Of a stretch of DNA of 64,000 nucleotides, positions 14,013 to 27,879 are shown one piece after another. Under the pieces are notes generated by a model. That model worked only from the letters and a program-made list of their open reading frames with translations, did no database searches and was not told where the DNA came from. A program made the translations under genes and the position numbers. Origin of the DNA: Eledone cirrhosa (Eukaryota); assembly GCA_964016885.1 (NCBI GenBank), contig OZ024745.1, forward strand, positions 16,430,001-16,494,000, in the 5' to 3' direction. The first letter of the stretch is position 1. The number at the start of each line of letters is the position of its first letter.

Positions 14013-14118
14013 CAAATAATATTTACGTTTTTCATTTAATTTTGTTATTTTTACATTAGTTCCAGTAAATTTGGGAACAGTTAAATACTTTTATTCTTAA
14101 TATTATTTTCACATTTTA

Positions 14119-14340
14119 AGGGCGGTGTATTGGCAGTATCGGTAGAGGGTCGGACGCCATGCTTTGCAGTATAGAGTTACGGCCCTTTATGATCTGAGTT
14201 CAAATCCCGCCGAGGTTAACTTTGCCTTTCATCCTTACGGGGGTCGATAAAATAAAGTACCAGTCACGCACTGGGGTCGATTTAATCGACTTTCCTCTCC
14301 TGCAAAATTGCTGGCCTTGTGCCTATATAAGAAAGCAATA
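14119..14340 (+). mobile_element. Full-length tRNA-derived Nin-domain SINE
   Basis: Pol III A/B boxes, Nin-like core and 3' tail ttgctggccttgtgcct. Confidence 0.88.
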
Positions 14341-14394
14341 TTATTTTCACATTTCATAAAATTACGATTATTTATGGTAAAGTGGTGATCAGTA

Positions 14395-14646
14395 GCCGCA
14401 AGTGTTGCTGCAGTGTGACTAAAGACTTCACTTCGTAACCACGTAGTTTCATGTTCAGTCCTACTGCATGGCACGTGGCACTTTGAGCAAGTGTCTTCCA
14501 GTAAGTCTACAGTTGACCAATGTTTCCCGAGTCAAACAGAAACTATTTGGAAGAACGTTGTGTATATATATATATATATATATATATGCATATATATCTG
14601 TATGTATATATATATATATATATATGTATATGCATATGTATATCTG

Positions 14647-14677
<31 letters not shown>

Positions 14678-14688
14678 TCATATGCATA

Positions 14689-14725
<37 letters not shown>

Positions 14726-14910
14726 TTAGAGTAATATGTATACTGTTTATTTATGCCCCACCATATAGAGGTTCGACAAACAGAGAGTGATAAAATTAGT
14801 ACTAAATTTGAAGAAAACAAGTACTGAAGTCGATGAGATCGACTAAACCCCTTCAAGGGGTTACATTACAATTACCCCTATTTAATAACTGAAAGCAGTA
14901 AAATAATACA
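14395..14910 (+). mobile_element. CORE-type tRNA SINE split by a (TA)n tract
   Basis: tRNA-like head plus ctttgagcaagtgtctt CORE-like motif, with the tail after the microsatellite. A similar copy lies at ~40950-41240. Confidence 0.6.
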
Positions 14911-15169
14911 AAATAAAAAAGCCTTATTTCATTTTGTGTCCTTGACTAATTCCTTTCTCCCTTTATGTTTAGTCCCGAACGTCAGTCTTATTAAAGTTGT
15001 TTGCATTTTTCCATGAGGATTCCGCCTGGGGAAAACTTGTCAACGTCTTCTTCCATTCCACTGGGTCCTCACAGAATATGTACTAGAAACAATGATGGGG
15101 CTGACTCCTTCGCCCCTTTGTATATATGTGGCCTTAATTCTATGTGAGAAACCAGTTTTTATTATACAT

Positions 15170-15255
15170 CTAGTAGTAGTAGTAGTAACAGCAGTAGCAG
15201 TAGTAGTAGTAGCAGTAGTAACAGTAGTAGCAGTAGTGGTAGTAGTAGCAGCAGC

Positions 15256-15287
<32 letters not shown>

Positions 15288-15510
15288 CAGCAGTAGTAGT
15301 AGTAGTAGCAGTAGTAACAGTAGTAGCAGTAACAGTAGTAGTAATAGTAGGTGTAGTAATAGTAGTAGCAGCAGCAGTAGTAATAGTAGTAGTAGTAGTA
15401 GCAGTAGTAACAGTAGTAGCAGTAGCGGTAGTAGTAATAGTAGTAGTAGTTGTTGTAGCAGCAGTAGTAGTAGTTGTAGTTGTAATATTAGTAGTAGTAT
15501 TGGTAGTCTT
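15170..15510. repeat. (TAG/CAG)n trinucleotide repeat
   Basis: Direct reading. It explains the poly-Thr and poly-Val ORFs. Confidence 0.95.
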
Positions 15511-16403
15511 GTTTGTATGAAAAAGAAAAAAAGTTAGTAATATCAACGGACGACGAAAAACGAAAATGTGATTCTAGTGCAAATAAAATTGAAAAGAAGA
15601 AAAACAAAACCAAAACAAAAAGAATCTGACATTCAAAACTCAATCGATCAAAAAAAAAAAAAATATCACAAATGAACAACTACAACAACAACGGCCAATG
15701 CCATGAGCAATCACAACAACAACAATAACAACAGTTGCAACGGTACAGTTATAACTACAAAAACAACGAATAGGATATCAGGAATAATAACAACAACAGC
15801 AACAACAACTTAAACAACAAGTACAAGAGAAAGAAGGAAAGAAAGAAAGAAGGAAAGAAAGACAGAAATAAAAGTGTAAAAGAAACGTAGCTGAATGTGA
15901 GGAAAAACAAACATGTAAACTTAGAAACGATAAATATTTGTCACGAGATGTCTGACAACTACAATTACCACTAATATCAAAAATAGGAGAAAAATAAAAT
16001 TACTTGGGGCAAAAAAATATAAATAACGAAATATTTTAGAATTTAAGAAGAAAAAAAGACTATTATAAATATGTCATTAATTAGTGAGAAAACTGCTAAC
16101 ACTACTGCAAATACACAGCAACAACTCTAACAACAACAGTAACAGAAGCAGTAGTAATATCAGTAGCTGTGTTGTTGTTGTTGTGGCTATTGTTGCTGCA
16201 AATGTGTCTAAATTAACACCTACGTCAGCAGTTTGACAATATTTCTTACACAATTTCTCCACCAGATGGGGTAATTAACCTTCTAGAAAAGAAAGCGTTC
16301 ACACAGTTAATAGAGAACATTTAAGTAAATTGATTCTGTGTTGGTATAAACTAATATACGGATGAAACGTTAATAAATTTCACACAGCCTACATTATGTT
16401 ATG

Positions 16404-16560
16404 TGGCGGCGAATTGGCAGAGTTGTTAGAACGTCGGATAGAATGCTTTGTGGTATTTGTTCCAGCTCTCTTCTCTTTGAGTTCAAATCGCACCGAGATC
16501 AAGTTAGCCTTTCATCCTTTCGAGTACGATAAAAAGGTACCAGACAAGTAGTGGGGTCTA
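16404..16560 (+). mobile_element. Nin-domain SINE
   Basis: A/B boxes and gcctttcatcctttcgag core. Confidence 0.75.
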
Positions 16561-17029
16561 TTCTTCCTCTATCTTTTTTACTTCCATTCTCTCAATCTCT
16601 CTTTATCTGCAAGAAATCTGCCTATTCAGACTTAGAGAAGATTGGGCTTCGTCAGGTTTAAAAATGCCGTAGAAACCCTGTATATCAATACGGCACCTTA
16701 CGATTCCCCCAAGAGTTACGGGACCATGCATGCATATTATGTTATACATCAGTATTTTACAGTTCTTGCATTACCACGTTAGGTTAAATAATAAAGTATC
16801 AATCTATTACTACGTTAAAGTTTAACAATACTTTATTCTCAAAGTTTTACTCAATATAATTTACTTTACTTAACATTGCAACAATAGCCGCATGTTTTCT
16901 CTCAACCATTCAAGGAGTCAAGTATTAGAGAAAATGGTACGAAGATAACTAAACATTTTAAACTGTATATCTAATGATCATTTCCAGCTCCATTGAGACT
17001 GATATCTCTCTCTCTAAAGTTTGTCTTAG

Positions 17030-17345
17030 GCCAGGAGCCTTCTCAACGTTAGCCCGATTTCGGGCAGTGAAGCGACTGAGAATACAGGACCCCACCCTGG
17101 AAAGGACGCCAGTCCATCATAGGTTTAAATCCCCAGGATGTGAGGTTAAGTAAGTGCGAAGAAGATTCTTTAAGCAGGTGGAGAGGATATTCAGCTGTAG
17201 CGGATATTCATTTTCACCCGAATATACTGGAGCAACGTGACGAGGTATTTTGCTGAAGAACAGAAAACATAACCCAGCCCAGGACTCGGATCCAGGACAT
17301 TATGATTGTAAGTCCCACATCCTTATCACTAGGCCATGCACCTCC
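17030..17345 (-). mobile_element. CORE-type tRNA SINE (related copies at ~30920-31140 + and ~41985-42240 -)
   Basis: Minus-strand tRNA-like head (catggcctagtgataagg) and shared gatggactggcgtcctttccaggg tail. Confidence 0.6.
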
Positions 17346-17896
17346 ATAGATTGGTGGGGAAGGAGGGAAGTAGGCGTCGTTAAGAACAATACCTCATCTG
17401 AATTTTGTAACGGGAATGACTCCATTAAAGGTACAAAGAATCAGATAAATATGCCACAATAGAATTTGAACTCAGGTCACCAAGAGCCAGAACAAATACA
17501 TCAATATATTTCCTACAACACTTTAACAATGTCACCATTCAATGGACGTAAATAGCAATTTTATTTCAACGAGTCTGATTCAGTTTGACAATATTTCTTA
17601 CACCCTTTCTATTCCAGATGAGGTAATTGATCTTTTAACAAACAGTTCATACGGTTAATAGAAAGCAGTTGAGTAAATTGTGTTTCTGTGTTGTTGTAAC
17701 TAATATGCGGATAAAACGTAAATATTACACATACATTATAAAACATTATACATCAGGATTGTGTATTTTTGTAGAAGCAGACTAGGTTAAAAACTAGCAA
17801 TTTTAATTTCAGTACACCAGTACTGAGTTAAGTTGAAATGACTGTAAATATACATAACTATATCACGCTTTATCTACATTATATGACAGTAAATTA

Positions 17897-18205
17897 ATAA
17901 TGGTTTCTCATTTAGGCACTAGGCCAGCTATTTGGGGAGATGGGAAAGTCGGTTAAATCGACCCCAGAGTGTTACTGCTATTTCAACTTATCAATCACGT
18001 AAGAATGAAAGGTGAAGGTAAACTCGGCGGGATTTGAAATCAGAACGTAATGGGACGTAACTATATGCTTCAAAGCATATAGTCTGACGCTCTACTACCC
18101 TTGACAGTAAATTAACAACGGTTTCTGATTTAAACATATGGCCAACGATTTTGGGTGGAAGTGAAAGTCAATTACATTGACCTCAGTGCATTACTGGTAC
18201 TTTAA
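17897..18205 (-). mobile_element. Nin-domain SINE copy plus partial copy
   Basis: Reverse complement of the family consensus. Confidence 0.75.
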
Positions 18206-18827
18206 ATCAGTAAATTAATATTAAAAGATATATTCCAACTCTCAAGGAAATCATAATATTAATTCATAAATATCCAATATATCTTTCGACAACATCAACT
18301 AAAATGGTGACAATAACAACAACTATACTGCAATGCCATCAACAAAAGCAATAACAGTAACAACAACAACAATAATGATAATATCGGCAGCAACAAGAAT
18401 AACAATTTCAACGATTACAACATCAATAACAAAAATAACAGCAGTTACAACAATAAAAAAAACAACAATCTGAACAGAAACAACATCATAAAAAAAAAAA
18501 ACAAGAAAAAAAACCAAAAAGAAACAAATACCAACAATCCTGACAGCAACAACAAATTCAAAACAAACAATAACAACAACTACAATAATAAATACAACAA
18601 CAACAGCAACAACATTATTCTGGTAAGATTCCAATCTCCATGACGTGCCAAACAGAAAGACGATATTTAACTCTTCCACAACTAAAACTCTGACAAAAAA
18701 GCCATCCTATTAATCAATTAAGAAGTTGGTGTGATTTACAAAAATGATTTCGTTAAGAGTCGAAATATTTGCTTGAGGGTGGAGGGTTTCTTCTCTAAAG
18801 AACTTCTTGTCTGGTAAGTGGGGATTA

Positions 18828-19232
18828 CAGCTGTGCTCCCCACTATAACTGTGTCACCTCACAATAATTGTGCCACCACATAACAGCTGTGCCATATCAC
18901 TATAACAGTGCCACCTTGCTATAACTGTGTCACTTCACCATGATTGTGCCACCATATAACAGCTGTGCCATCTTACCATAACAGTGCCTCCCCACTATAA
19001 CTGTGTCACCTAACAATAATTGTGCCATCATATAACAGCTGTGCCATCTCACCATAACAGTGCCTCCCCACTATAACAAAGTTGCCTCACCATAATTGTG
19101 CCACCATATAACAGCTGTGCCATCTCACTATAACAGTGCCTCCCCACTATAACAAACTTGCCTCACTCACCATAATTGTACCATCTCACCGTAACTGTGC
19201 CTCTTCATAGCCTCTCTGCCATCTCACCATAC
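18828..19232. repeat. ~20-21-bp minisatellite (gccatctcaccataacagt-like)
   Basis: Direct reading of diverged tandem units. Confidence 0.85.
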
Positions 19233-19259
19233 AACCCAAGATGCCACAATAAATATTTC

Positions 19260-19715
19260 AAGGTATCTTATGTGACGCTTAAGCAATTTCGCCAGCCGAG
19301 CAATGTCGACGGGTATTTTATTTTAACGTGCCAGAGAAGATGAAAATATGAAGTTGACCATGGTGGGATTTGAACTCGAAACGTAGAGAACTGGGATATA
19401 TTGAATTCTGATTTAAGTACAAGGTCAACGATTTTGGGGAAGAGAAAGTCGATTAAATCGACTCCAGTGCATTACTGGTACTTTAATTTATTGACCCCTT
19501 AAGAATGAAAGGCAAAGTTAACCTTAGCAGGATTTGAACCCAGATCGTAAAAGGCCACAATTCTATGCCGTGAAGCATGGTGTCTAACGCTTACTAATAC
19601 TGCAAATACAAATAATTGTTTCTACTTTTGGCACAAAGCCAGCAATTATCCCAGTGTATTACTGGTACTTTATTTTATCGACCCCGTAAGGAGGAAAGGC
19701 AAAGTTAACCTCGGT
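19260..19715 (-). mobile_element. Cluster of three Nin-domain SINE copies
   Basis: Repeated ttactggtactttattttatcgacccc...gaaaggcaaagttaacct. Confidence 0.8.
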
Positions 19716-20684
19716 ATGCTAACATCTAACGTGTATTCAATTAGATGTGTGGTCCACAGAAATAGAGCATTACATGATTGATATGATCTCCTAAGGTTGT
19801 TATTCCCCAAAACAATACACGGAAGAAGGAAAGATGACAATTGCTGAAGCATCAACAACAATAGCCACAGCAGTAATAGCACTACCAAAAGCAGTAACAT
19901 CCGAAACAGCAGCAGCTGCAGCAACAGTAACTATGCAACTAAAAGAACAGTAATAGTTGCATGAATAATAACAACAACCCGAATTAAGTAGAGGAAGTAA
20001 AATAACAAATTGAACATCGTCATCAAGAACGAATTGTCTGAAATAGAGGAAGATGGTAGGACTTATAAAATTGATGACATTCCAGTTTTGTTGTAAAAAC
20101 CGCTGGGTTTTCGATAGGCCAACTAATGCGATGTAGCAGAAATATGAACAAGTTTTTTCTTAGTAAATAGTTAAAAGAAACCATGCTGTGCAATATTGTG
20201 GGAGATGTAATGTTTATGTTTAAAAAAAGAATTGTAAAAGTGTTAAAAGGTTTTCAATTACAGGCAGTTTCAATTACAACTCAAATGGTTTTAAAATAAT
20301 AATAAAAAATGTAGTTTAGTCAGAGGTATAGTTTGGTCGAGGTATAGCAATGTTTATATAAATCTTGTTACCATCGTTGTATATATTGGCGTTAATTTGC
20401 TATCCTCAACATTATTTGATCAAACAATACCAGAAAGTAATGTATCATATTGGTACAACACCATCACTGTTGATTCGGTTATATAGTAGTGAATGATATT
20501 ACACACACACACATATATATATATGTATATATATGTAGATAAATCTACCAAAAGTTTACGGTAGTGTCCAATGCGTATGAAGAACTCAATGTAATCCGGA
20601 TATCATGAAAAGAGAAGATGCATTCAAAAACTACTTTCGGTGAAAAATGTATATATATATGTATGTATATATATATATATATAG

Positions 20685-20715
<31 letters not shown>

Positions 20716-21589
20716 TGTATGAGGGAGCTTATAGATAGGACAACACACGCTGTCTTTTCGTGGGGTAAGTTTTTTATTAATTTTTGTATTCTGAAACATC
20801 AAAATACAACAATTTGTTGGTCACTGGACTCGGGAATGTCACGACAGAAGTTTGTGGAAGTTACACAAATATTTTAGTATATTTTAGCAGAGCAATCCTT
20901 ATTTATATTTTACATTTTACATTTACTTACATCTCAATATAACATGGCTAAAATTCAAATTTTGCAAAGAGAAGAAAACGGTCAAATGAACTAGATACAT
21001 CGCACTGTCTCCCGTCACCACAATAACTTCTACACTCTCTCCCCACCATCACATGTCATTACCCTATCTAGACTAAAGTCATCGACCTGTTGTCAAACTC
21101 TCTACTCTCTGTTGAATGTGTATATATATATATTTTCATAATTCTTCGGCTCTGTTTAATTACATTGAGCTATACCTTTACTGTCATTTCTATAATACGA
21201 AGAGGGTGTTTAACTCCTACATACTCTAGTATTTTAATTCTTCTTATATATATATATATGTATGTATATGTGTGTATATACATCACTCAGTCAAACGACT
21301 AGATTTCAACCCCAACATCTACAACAACAACACCGGTACTAATGTTTACAGCAACAACAGCTTCAGAATGAACTGAAATGAACATTTACAACAACAACAA
21401 CAGCGGCATCAAAAGATAAAAAAAAAGAAAGGGAAGGGAAAAAAAAGGAAAAAAAAACAAACTCAAAATAACAAAACACACACACACACGCACACAACAC
21501 AACAACAACATCAACTGCCATCACCACCACTACCGCCGCCGCCATCACCATCACCAGCGACCGGGCCTTAAGAAAACAACTTTAATAAT

Positions 21590-21740
21590 AATTTTTCTGC
21601 TTTTGGCACGGATCTAGCGACTGGCCCAGCGCATCACTGGTACTCTCTTTTGTTGACTCCGTGGGGATGAAAGGCAAGGTTGACCTCGGCGGGATTTGAG
21701 CTCAGAGCGTGGAGGGCCGTGACTCTATGCTGTAAAGCAA
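21590..21740 (-). mobile_element. Nin-domain SINE
   Basis: Same family motif. Confidence 0.8.
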
Positions 21741-22004
21741 TTATAATAATACTGGACTGTAGTACGATCGGCTTCAACTATACAAACTCTTGAAAGTCAA
21801 CAGTTGACATAATCTTGTAATCTTGTATCAGTAATGACGGTAATATATATACATATATGTGTATGTGTGTGTGTGTGAGTAGAGTAGCGTGTGTGTGTTT
21901 GTTTGTATGTATGAGTGTTGCTGTGTGCGCGCATATGTATGCGCGTGTGTGTATGTCGTACGTATAAGTGTCAATAAGTGATTTTTTATTTATTTTTTTT
22001 TTTG

Positions 22005-22310
22005 CGCGCGGGGACATAGACATAATCGAGCTGGATGCCCGATCGCGCAGTTAAACCACTGGGAGTGAAGAACCCCTAGCCCTTGTCAGGGCATTCTTCT
22101 AGGAGAAGGCATCTCAGGAAACTGGGTTAACTCCGACATAAAACCTGCGGCTCAGTAGTTACCGATGATGTTGATCTTTTCTTCTTTTCGGGTTATAGCT
22201 ACTGTCGCTCAGAGAGTGGGATTGGCTCAGTGCACAGTCTTTCCCCACTTTAAAAATATTCGTCACGCACAGGCATTGCACGAGTGCATTAATAATTATT
22301 AATAGTGTAC

Positions 22311-22376
<66 letters not shown>

Positions 22377-25300
22377 TTTTTTTTTTTTTTTTTTTTTCCC
22401 AATTCAATGATGTTCCAGAACAATATAAAAGAGATAATTGGCAATTTAGGTTCTGGAACAAAAAAGATCATTGGCAATAAGGGCAGGGGCCCCAGGTTAT
22501 CACAGCCTGGGCCCGCTCGTCATCGTGCCATTGTAATAGAGCCAAACAAGGCATTTAGTCTTGGCTGCTGGAACGTACGGACGCTGCTTGACAGGGATTC
22601 CTTGGGGCGTCCTGAACGAAGGACTGCTCTTGTTGCAAAGGAGCTTCGACGTTACGATCTTGACATCGTGGCTTTATCTGAGACGAGGCTAGCTGGAGAT
22701 GGTCATCTTACGGAATTAGGTGGAGAATATACATTCTTCTGGAAAGGAAGAGATGAAGGAACCAGAAGAGAGGCTGGGGTAGGATTTGCTGTTAAGACTG
22801 TGCTTGTGAACAAATTAGAAGAATTCCCAGTAGGGATTAGTGAGCGTCTTATGTCCATGAGAGTTCCACTGGACAAGGGAAGATATGCTACCCTGGTGAG
22901 TGTGTATGCTCCAACTATGAGTTCTGTCGATGAGGAAAAGGTGTCCTTTTACCATGCCTTGAAAGGTGTTTTAGGAAATATCCCTCAGGCAGACAAAGTC
23001 ATCGTGCTTGGTGACTTTAATGCTAGAGTGGGTAGGGATTTTAACACATGGAATGTAATCGGAAGGCATGGGGTGGGAAAGTGTAACAGCAATGGTATGC
23101 TCCTGCTGCAGATGTGTGAGGAGCTGGATCTGTGTGTTACCAACACCATGTTCCAACAAAAGAACAAATTCAAGACCACATGGATGCATCCTGCATCTAA
23201 GGAATGGCATCTTTTGGACTACGTCCTAGTCAGGATGCGTGACAGACAGGATGTGCAGTGTGTTCGTGTTCTTCGTGGAGCTGAGTGCTGGACGGACCAC
23301 CGCCTGGTACGCGCAAAAGTGAAACTAATCACTAAACGTAAAATCCGGGCTCCTGGTGTTGCCCTGCCCAAAAGATTGAATGCTGCTCGTCTTAAGGATA
23401 AAAATGTGAAGAGGACATTGGAAGAAGAGATGCAGGCTTTAGATCTTGGTGAGGATTGGCCGACCCTTAAAAAGTCGGTTTATGATGTAGGCAGGCGTGT
23501 TCTGGGATTGGCGCAGAGGAAACATCAGGACTGGTTTGATGAGAATGATGTACATATAGAAGACTTGTTGGCTGATAAGAGGCGTGCTCTGTCACGCTAC
23601 TTGACGGCCAAACCACAGGAGAGGAATACGTTGCATGAGGAACTGAGGGATGTTAAATCACGTGTTAGGCGGAGTCTTTCTCAGATGAAGGATCAGTGGT
23701 GGAGTGAGAAGGCTGGTGAGATACAAACTGCGTCTGATTCCAATAACACAAAGCTGTTGTACAGTCTCTTGCGTGAGGTTTATGGACCGTCTTCTTCTCT
23801 GGTGACACCGCTTCGCATCAAGGATGGCAAAGAACTTCTTCGTGACTCACAATGAATTCTACGAAGGTTGCGAGAGCACTTTGATGATCTTTTGAATCAG
23901 CCGTCTGTCGTCAGTGAAGATTTCCTCAATCTCATTCCAGAAAGTCCTGTGAAAGTAGCTCTCGCAGAACCTCCGACGCTTGTGGAAGTTGCAGTGGCTA
24001 TTTCGAAGCTGAACAGTGCAAGATCTCCAGGTATGGATGGCATACATGCTGAGCTCCTACAATATGGTGGTGAGAGACGCCTGCAACATCTTCACTCTTT
24101 GTTTGGCAGGATATGGGCTAATGAATCCGTACCTGAGGACTGAAGAGATGCAGTAATGGTGGTCTTGTACAAGGGAAAGGGTAACAGGAACGATTGTGGG
24201 AACTACAGAGGTATATCATTGCTTTCTGTCGTAGGGAAAGTTTTATGTAGGGTGCTTCTGGACCGTCTGCTGACACACATTGCAGATTGTGTTCTTCCTG
24301 AAAGTCAATCTGGTTTTCGTGCTGGACGCGGCACTACTGATATGATCTTCTCAGCTAGACAGCTCCAGGAGAAGTGCATGGAACAAGGCTTGGATCTGTA
24401 TCAGGTTTTTGTCGATCTGACAAAAGCTTTCGATACTGTTAACAGAGATGCATTATGGAAGGTTCTCCAGAAACTTGGTTGCCCTGATAAGTTCCTTGCT
24501 TTAGTTAGGTCTTTCCATGACGACATGAAGGCTTGGGTTAATGTCGGGGGTAACATGTCGGAGCCTATCTCAGTAAAAAATGGAGTGAAACAGGTGGATA
24601 TTCCAGCACCGACGCTGTTTGCCATATACTTTGCAATGGTTTTCTGTATTGCATTCAGGAATTGCGAGCATGGTGTTTACATCCGATATCGAACCTCAGG
24701 CAGCATATTTAACATCAGGCGCTTTGCTGCGAAGACAAAAGTATTTACATCAATAATAAGAGACCTCTTGTATGCAGATGATTGCGATCTTGTAGCGCAC
24801 ACAGAGAGTGATATGCAGCACATTTTGAATACATTTTCTGACGCTTGCACTGCCCTAGGTCTGACTGTCAGTCTCAAGAAAACCGTCGTCATGTACCAAC
24901 CTGCCCCTGGTAAGCAGTACACTGAACCAAACATCTATGTCTATGGCAAACGACTTCGAGTGGTTGATCAGTTTGTCTACCTGCGAAGCACTGTCAATCG
25001 ATACAGCAACCTTGACAGTGAAATCTCACTTAGGATTAGGAAAGCAAGTGATGCTTTCGGAAAGCTAGAAAGGCGACTCTGGGGTCGGTGAGATATATGC
25101 AGGAGGACAAAGGTAAAGGTGTACAGGGCATGTGTGCTCTCTTGTCTTCTTTATGCCTGCGAGACCTGGGTCACATATCGACACCACCTTAAGCAATTGG
25201 AGCGTTTCCATCAGATGTGTCTCAGACGGATCCATGGCGTTCACTGGAGGGACCACATCAGTGATGTCGAGATTTTGGAAAGCTCTGTGTGACAGTATAG

Positions 25301-25975
25301 AAGCTCTTGTGCTTAAGCAACGACTCCGTTGGAGTGGTCACCTTGCCAGGATGAAGGATTCTAGAATACCAAAATAACTCTTTTATGGAGAGTTGGTTAA
25401 AGGAAAACGACCGCCACATAAACCAAAAAAGAGGTATAAGGATTCCTTGAAAGCCTCTCTGAAAGACGCTAACATCTCTGCTGATACATGGGAAAATATT
25501 GCTGCTGATCGTAATAAATGGAGAAAGACTGTATGTGAGGGAAAAGTTGCCTTTGAGGCATCTCGAATCGCATACGAGAAAGTAAAGCGGGATGTGAGGA
25601 AGGGCATTGCTGTTGCACTTCCAGACGGCGAGGGTCCTCCTATGGTGCTGACATGCAGCGTATGTGCGAGAATCTGCCTAAGCAAAGCTGGACTCGAAAG
25701 TCATCTTCGCAGTCATAAAGTAAGACCAGTGGTTGACTACAAGGCTACTGTTGGAGATGCTACTCATCATGCTTGCCAAACATGTGGTAGAGAATGTAAA
25801 TCAGCAGGAGGGCTCAAGCGACATGCAAAAGTACACGAACTCCAACCACAGCCGACTATTCCCAGTGAATGTTTTGGTTGCCGACTCTGTGCAAGACATT
25901 TTAGATCATTGGCTGGGCTAAAAAGCCACATTCGATCGCAACGCTGTTAGTTGCTATCGTGTGTGTGTGTGTAGA
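22005..25975 (+). mobile_element. Near full-length RTE-clade LINE
   Basis: 5' UTR with the tctaggagaagg motif, a single EN-RT ORF, and a (GT)n 3' end. Confidence 0.93.
22407..25950 (+). pseudogene. RTE ORF: AP endonuclease + reverse transcriptase + 3 C2H2 zinc fingers (disabled)
   Basis: Motifs CWNVRTL, LSETR, GDFNA, LDY, TDH (EN); GKGNRNDCGNYRGISLL, FVDLTKAFD, LLYADD (RT); three CxxC..H..H/Q fingers. In-frame stops end at 23855, 24143, 25091 and 25377, with a frameshift near 25285. Confidence 0.92.
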
Positions 25976-26166
25976 TATGCTTAGGTGTGTGCGTGTGTGT
26001 GTGTATATATATATGTATATGTATATTATTATTGTTGTTGTCGTTATTATTATTGTTGTTATGATTATTATTATTATTATTGTTATTAATGTATGTGTGT
26101 GTGTATATGTGTGTGTGAGTGTGTGTGTGTGTGTATATGTGTATGTATATGAATATATATATAAGT

Positions 26167-26290
26167 GAAGGCGTGTAGCTGAGTGGTTAGAGAATTGGAT
26201 TCGCAATCGTAAGGTTGTGAGTTCGAATCCTAGACCAGGCGATGCGTTATGTCCTTGAGCAAGACACTTTATTTCACGTTGCTCCTTCTA
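26167..26290 (+). mobile_element. CORE-type tRNA SINE 5' half
   Basis: tagctgagtggttag (box A), gagttcgaatcc (box B), tgtccttgagcaagacacttt (CORE-like). Confidence 0.8.
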
Positions 26291-26425
26291 CCTGGAGTTG
26301 CGACCGATAGATAGTATTAGCAATTGGAAAGACCAAGGGAAACATTGTTCCCTCGGTCCGATTTGACGAAAGTCGATCGTTCCTTTAAATATATATAAAT
26401 ATTTTATTTATTTTTATTTTCTTTT

Positions 26426-26461
<36 letters not shown>

Positions 26462-26571
26462 TTCTTTCTCCTCGTGCAATGGCATTACTCGATAACGAGG
26501 GGGCAGCCATCATGTATGTATGTATGCATGCATGTATGTATGTATGTATGTATGTATGTATGTATGTATGT

Positions 26572-26850
26572 GGGAGAGATGACCCCCTTAGCCTTTGTCA
26601 AGGCAGAATTCTAGGAGAAGGAAAACTCTGATATAACACCGGCAACCCTGATGGTATCCAATGATGTTGACTTGTTCTTCTTTTTGGTAAATATCATCTT
26701 GGTTAAGAGAGTGGGACTGGCTTTGTGCAGTGCCTCTGCTCACTATAAAAGATTCACGGCACAGGCATTGCTTTATATCTGGAGATCTCTCTGCACTTGT
26801 CGTCACATGGTACCATGGGCCCAGCACTATGTGTCAATAATTGTCACAGG
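26572..26850 (+). mobile_element. Solo RTE 5'-UTR-like sequence (different subfamily from 22005)
   Basis: Co-linear with 22060-22280: tagcc(c/t)ttgtca, tctaggagaagg, atgatgttga, gagagtggga(t/c)tggct, gcacaggcattgc. Confidence 0.75.
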
Positions 26851-27339
26851 TGTAGTGTTTGTACCAGAGTTTTCAAGTCACTGGCTGGACTAAAAAGTCA
26901 CACTCGTTGAGCGCATCGGTAGGGGTTCTCCTACATGGATATAAAGTAGTGGCCGTACTCGAAAACGAGTTGGCAGCCACCATATATATATATATGGGTG
27001 TATGTATGTATATATGTGTGTATGTATGTTTATGTCTGTAGGTAGTGGTATATACTACAAGTTTCTTGTGTTATTTATCGGAAAGTCATTCTTTCTGTGT
27101 TATTATATTCACGTTTCACCATGGTCAAGCCTCGTTTCATTTTGCGAAATGTACTGTGTAGATAAGATGTGCTTTATAAAACCCATGTGTTGTTAGTTAC
27201 GCAGCCCCCTCTCTCTATCCCTCTCTGTAGTCTCTCACACACAAACACATATATACATATATTTATATACATATTTATGTATATATATATATATATACAA
27301 TACACACACACACTTGTTTACGTCCCTATTACCTTCTTA

Positions 27340-27398
<59 letters not shown>

Positions 27399-27464
27399 CA
27401 TATATATATGTTTATATACATACACATATATATGTGTATGTATATATACATATATATATATTTG

Positions 27465-27497
<33 letters not shown>

Positions 27498-27689
27498 GAG
27501 GAAATGAATAATACATCAGCTGCAATATTCATATGTGTTGCATTGCAGAAGTTTGTTTAAAATGCTTGGTTTAAATTTAGCCGAGATAAGCAGGCATTAT
27601 GTTCCATGATGATAGCAGATGTAGCCTGTGACACATTCATTTTCACACGCACACGCACACACACGCACACACACACACACGCACACACA

Positions 27690-27766
<77 letters not shown>

Positions 27767-27879
27767 TATATATATTATATTCAAAGTTATAGAAATCATG
27801 TTTGAGATAATTTCAATTGTTTTGCGTTGAAATGTGGGGCAGGGAATTCTAGGTTCCGAGTGTTTTACGTCGTCTAGAC

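Noticed and set aside
15040-15546. Mucin-like poly-Thr ORF
   Set aside because: (TAG)n repeat with no supporting splice or coding context.
22305-22406. Poly-Tyr/Phe N-terminus of the RTE ORF
   Set aside because: (TTA)n and poly-T expansion in the leader. The plausible ATG is at 22407.
26167-26240. tRNA gene
   Set aside because: A/B boxes are present, but the sequence continues into a CORE-like SINE body and lacks a proper acceptor stem. The same applies to the other SINE heads.
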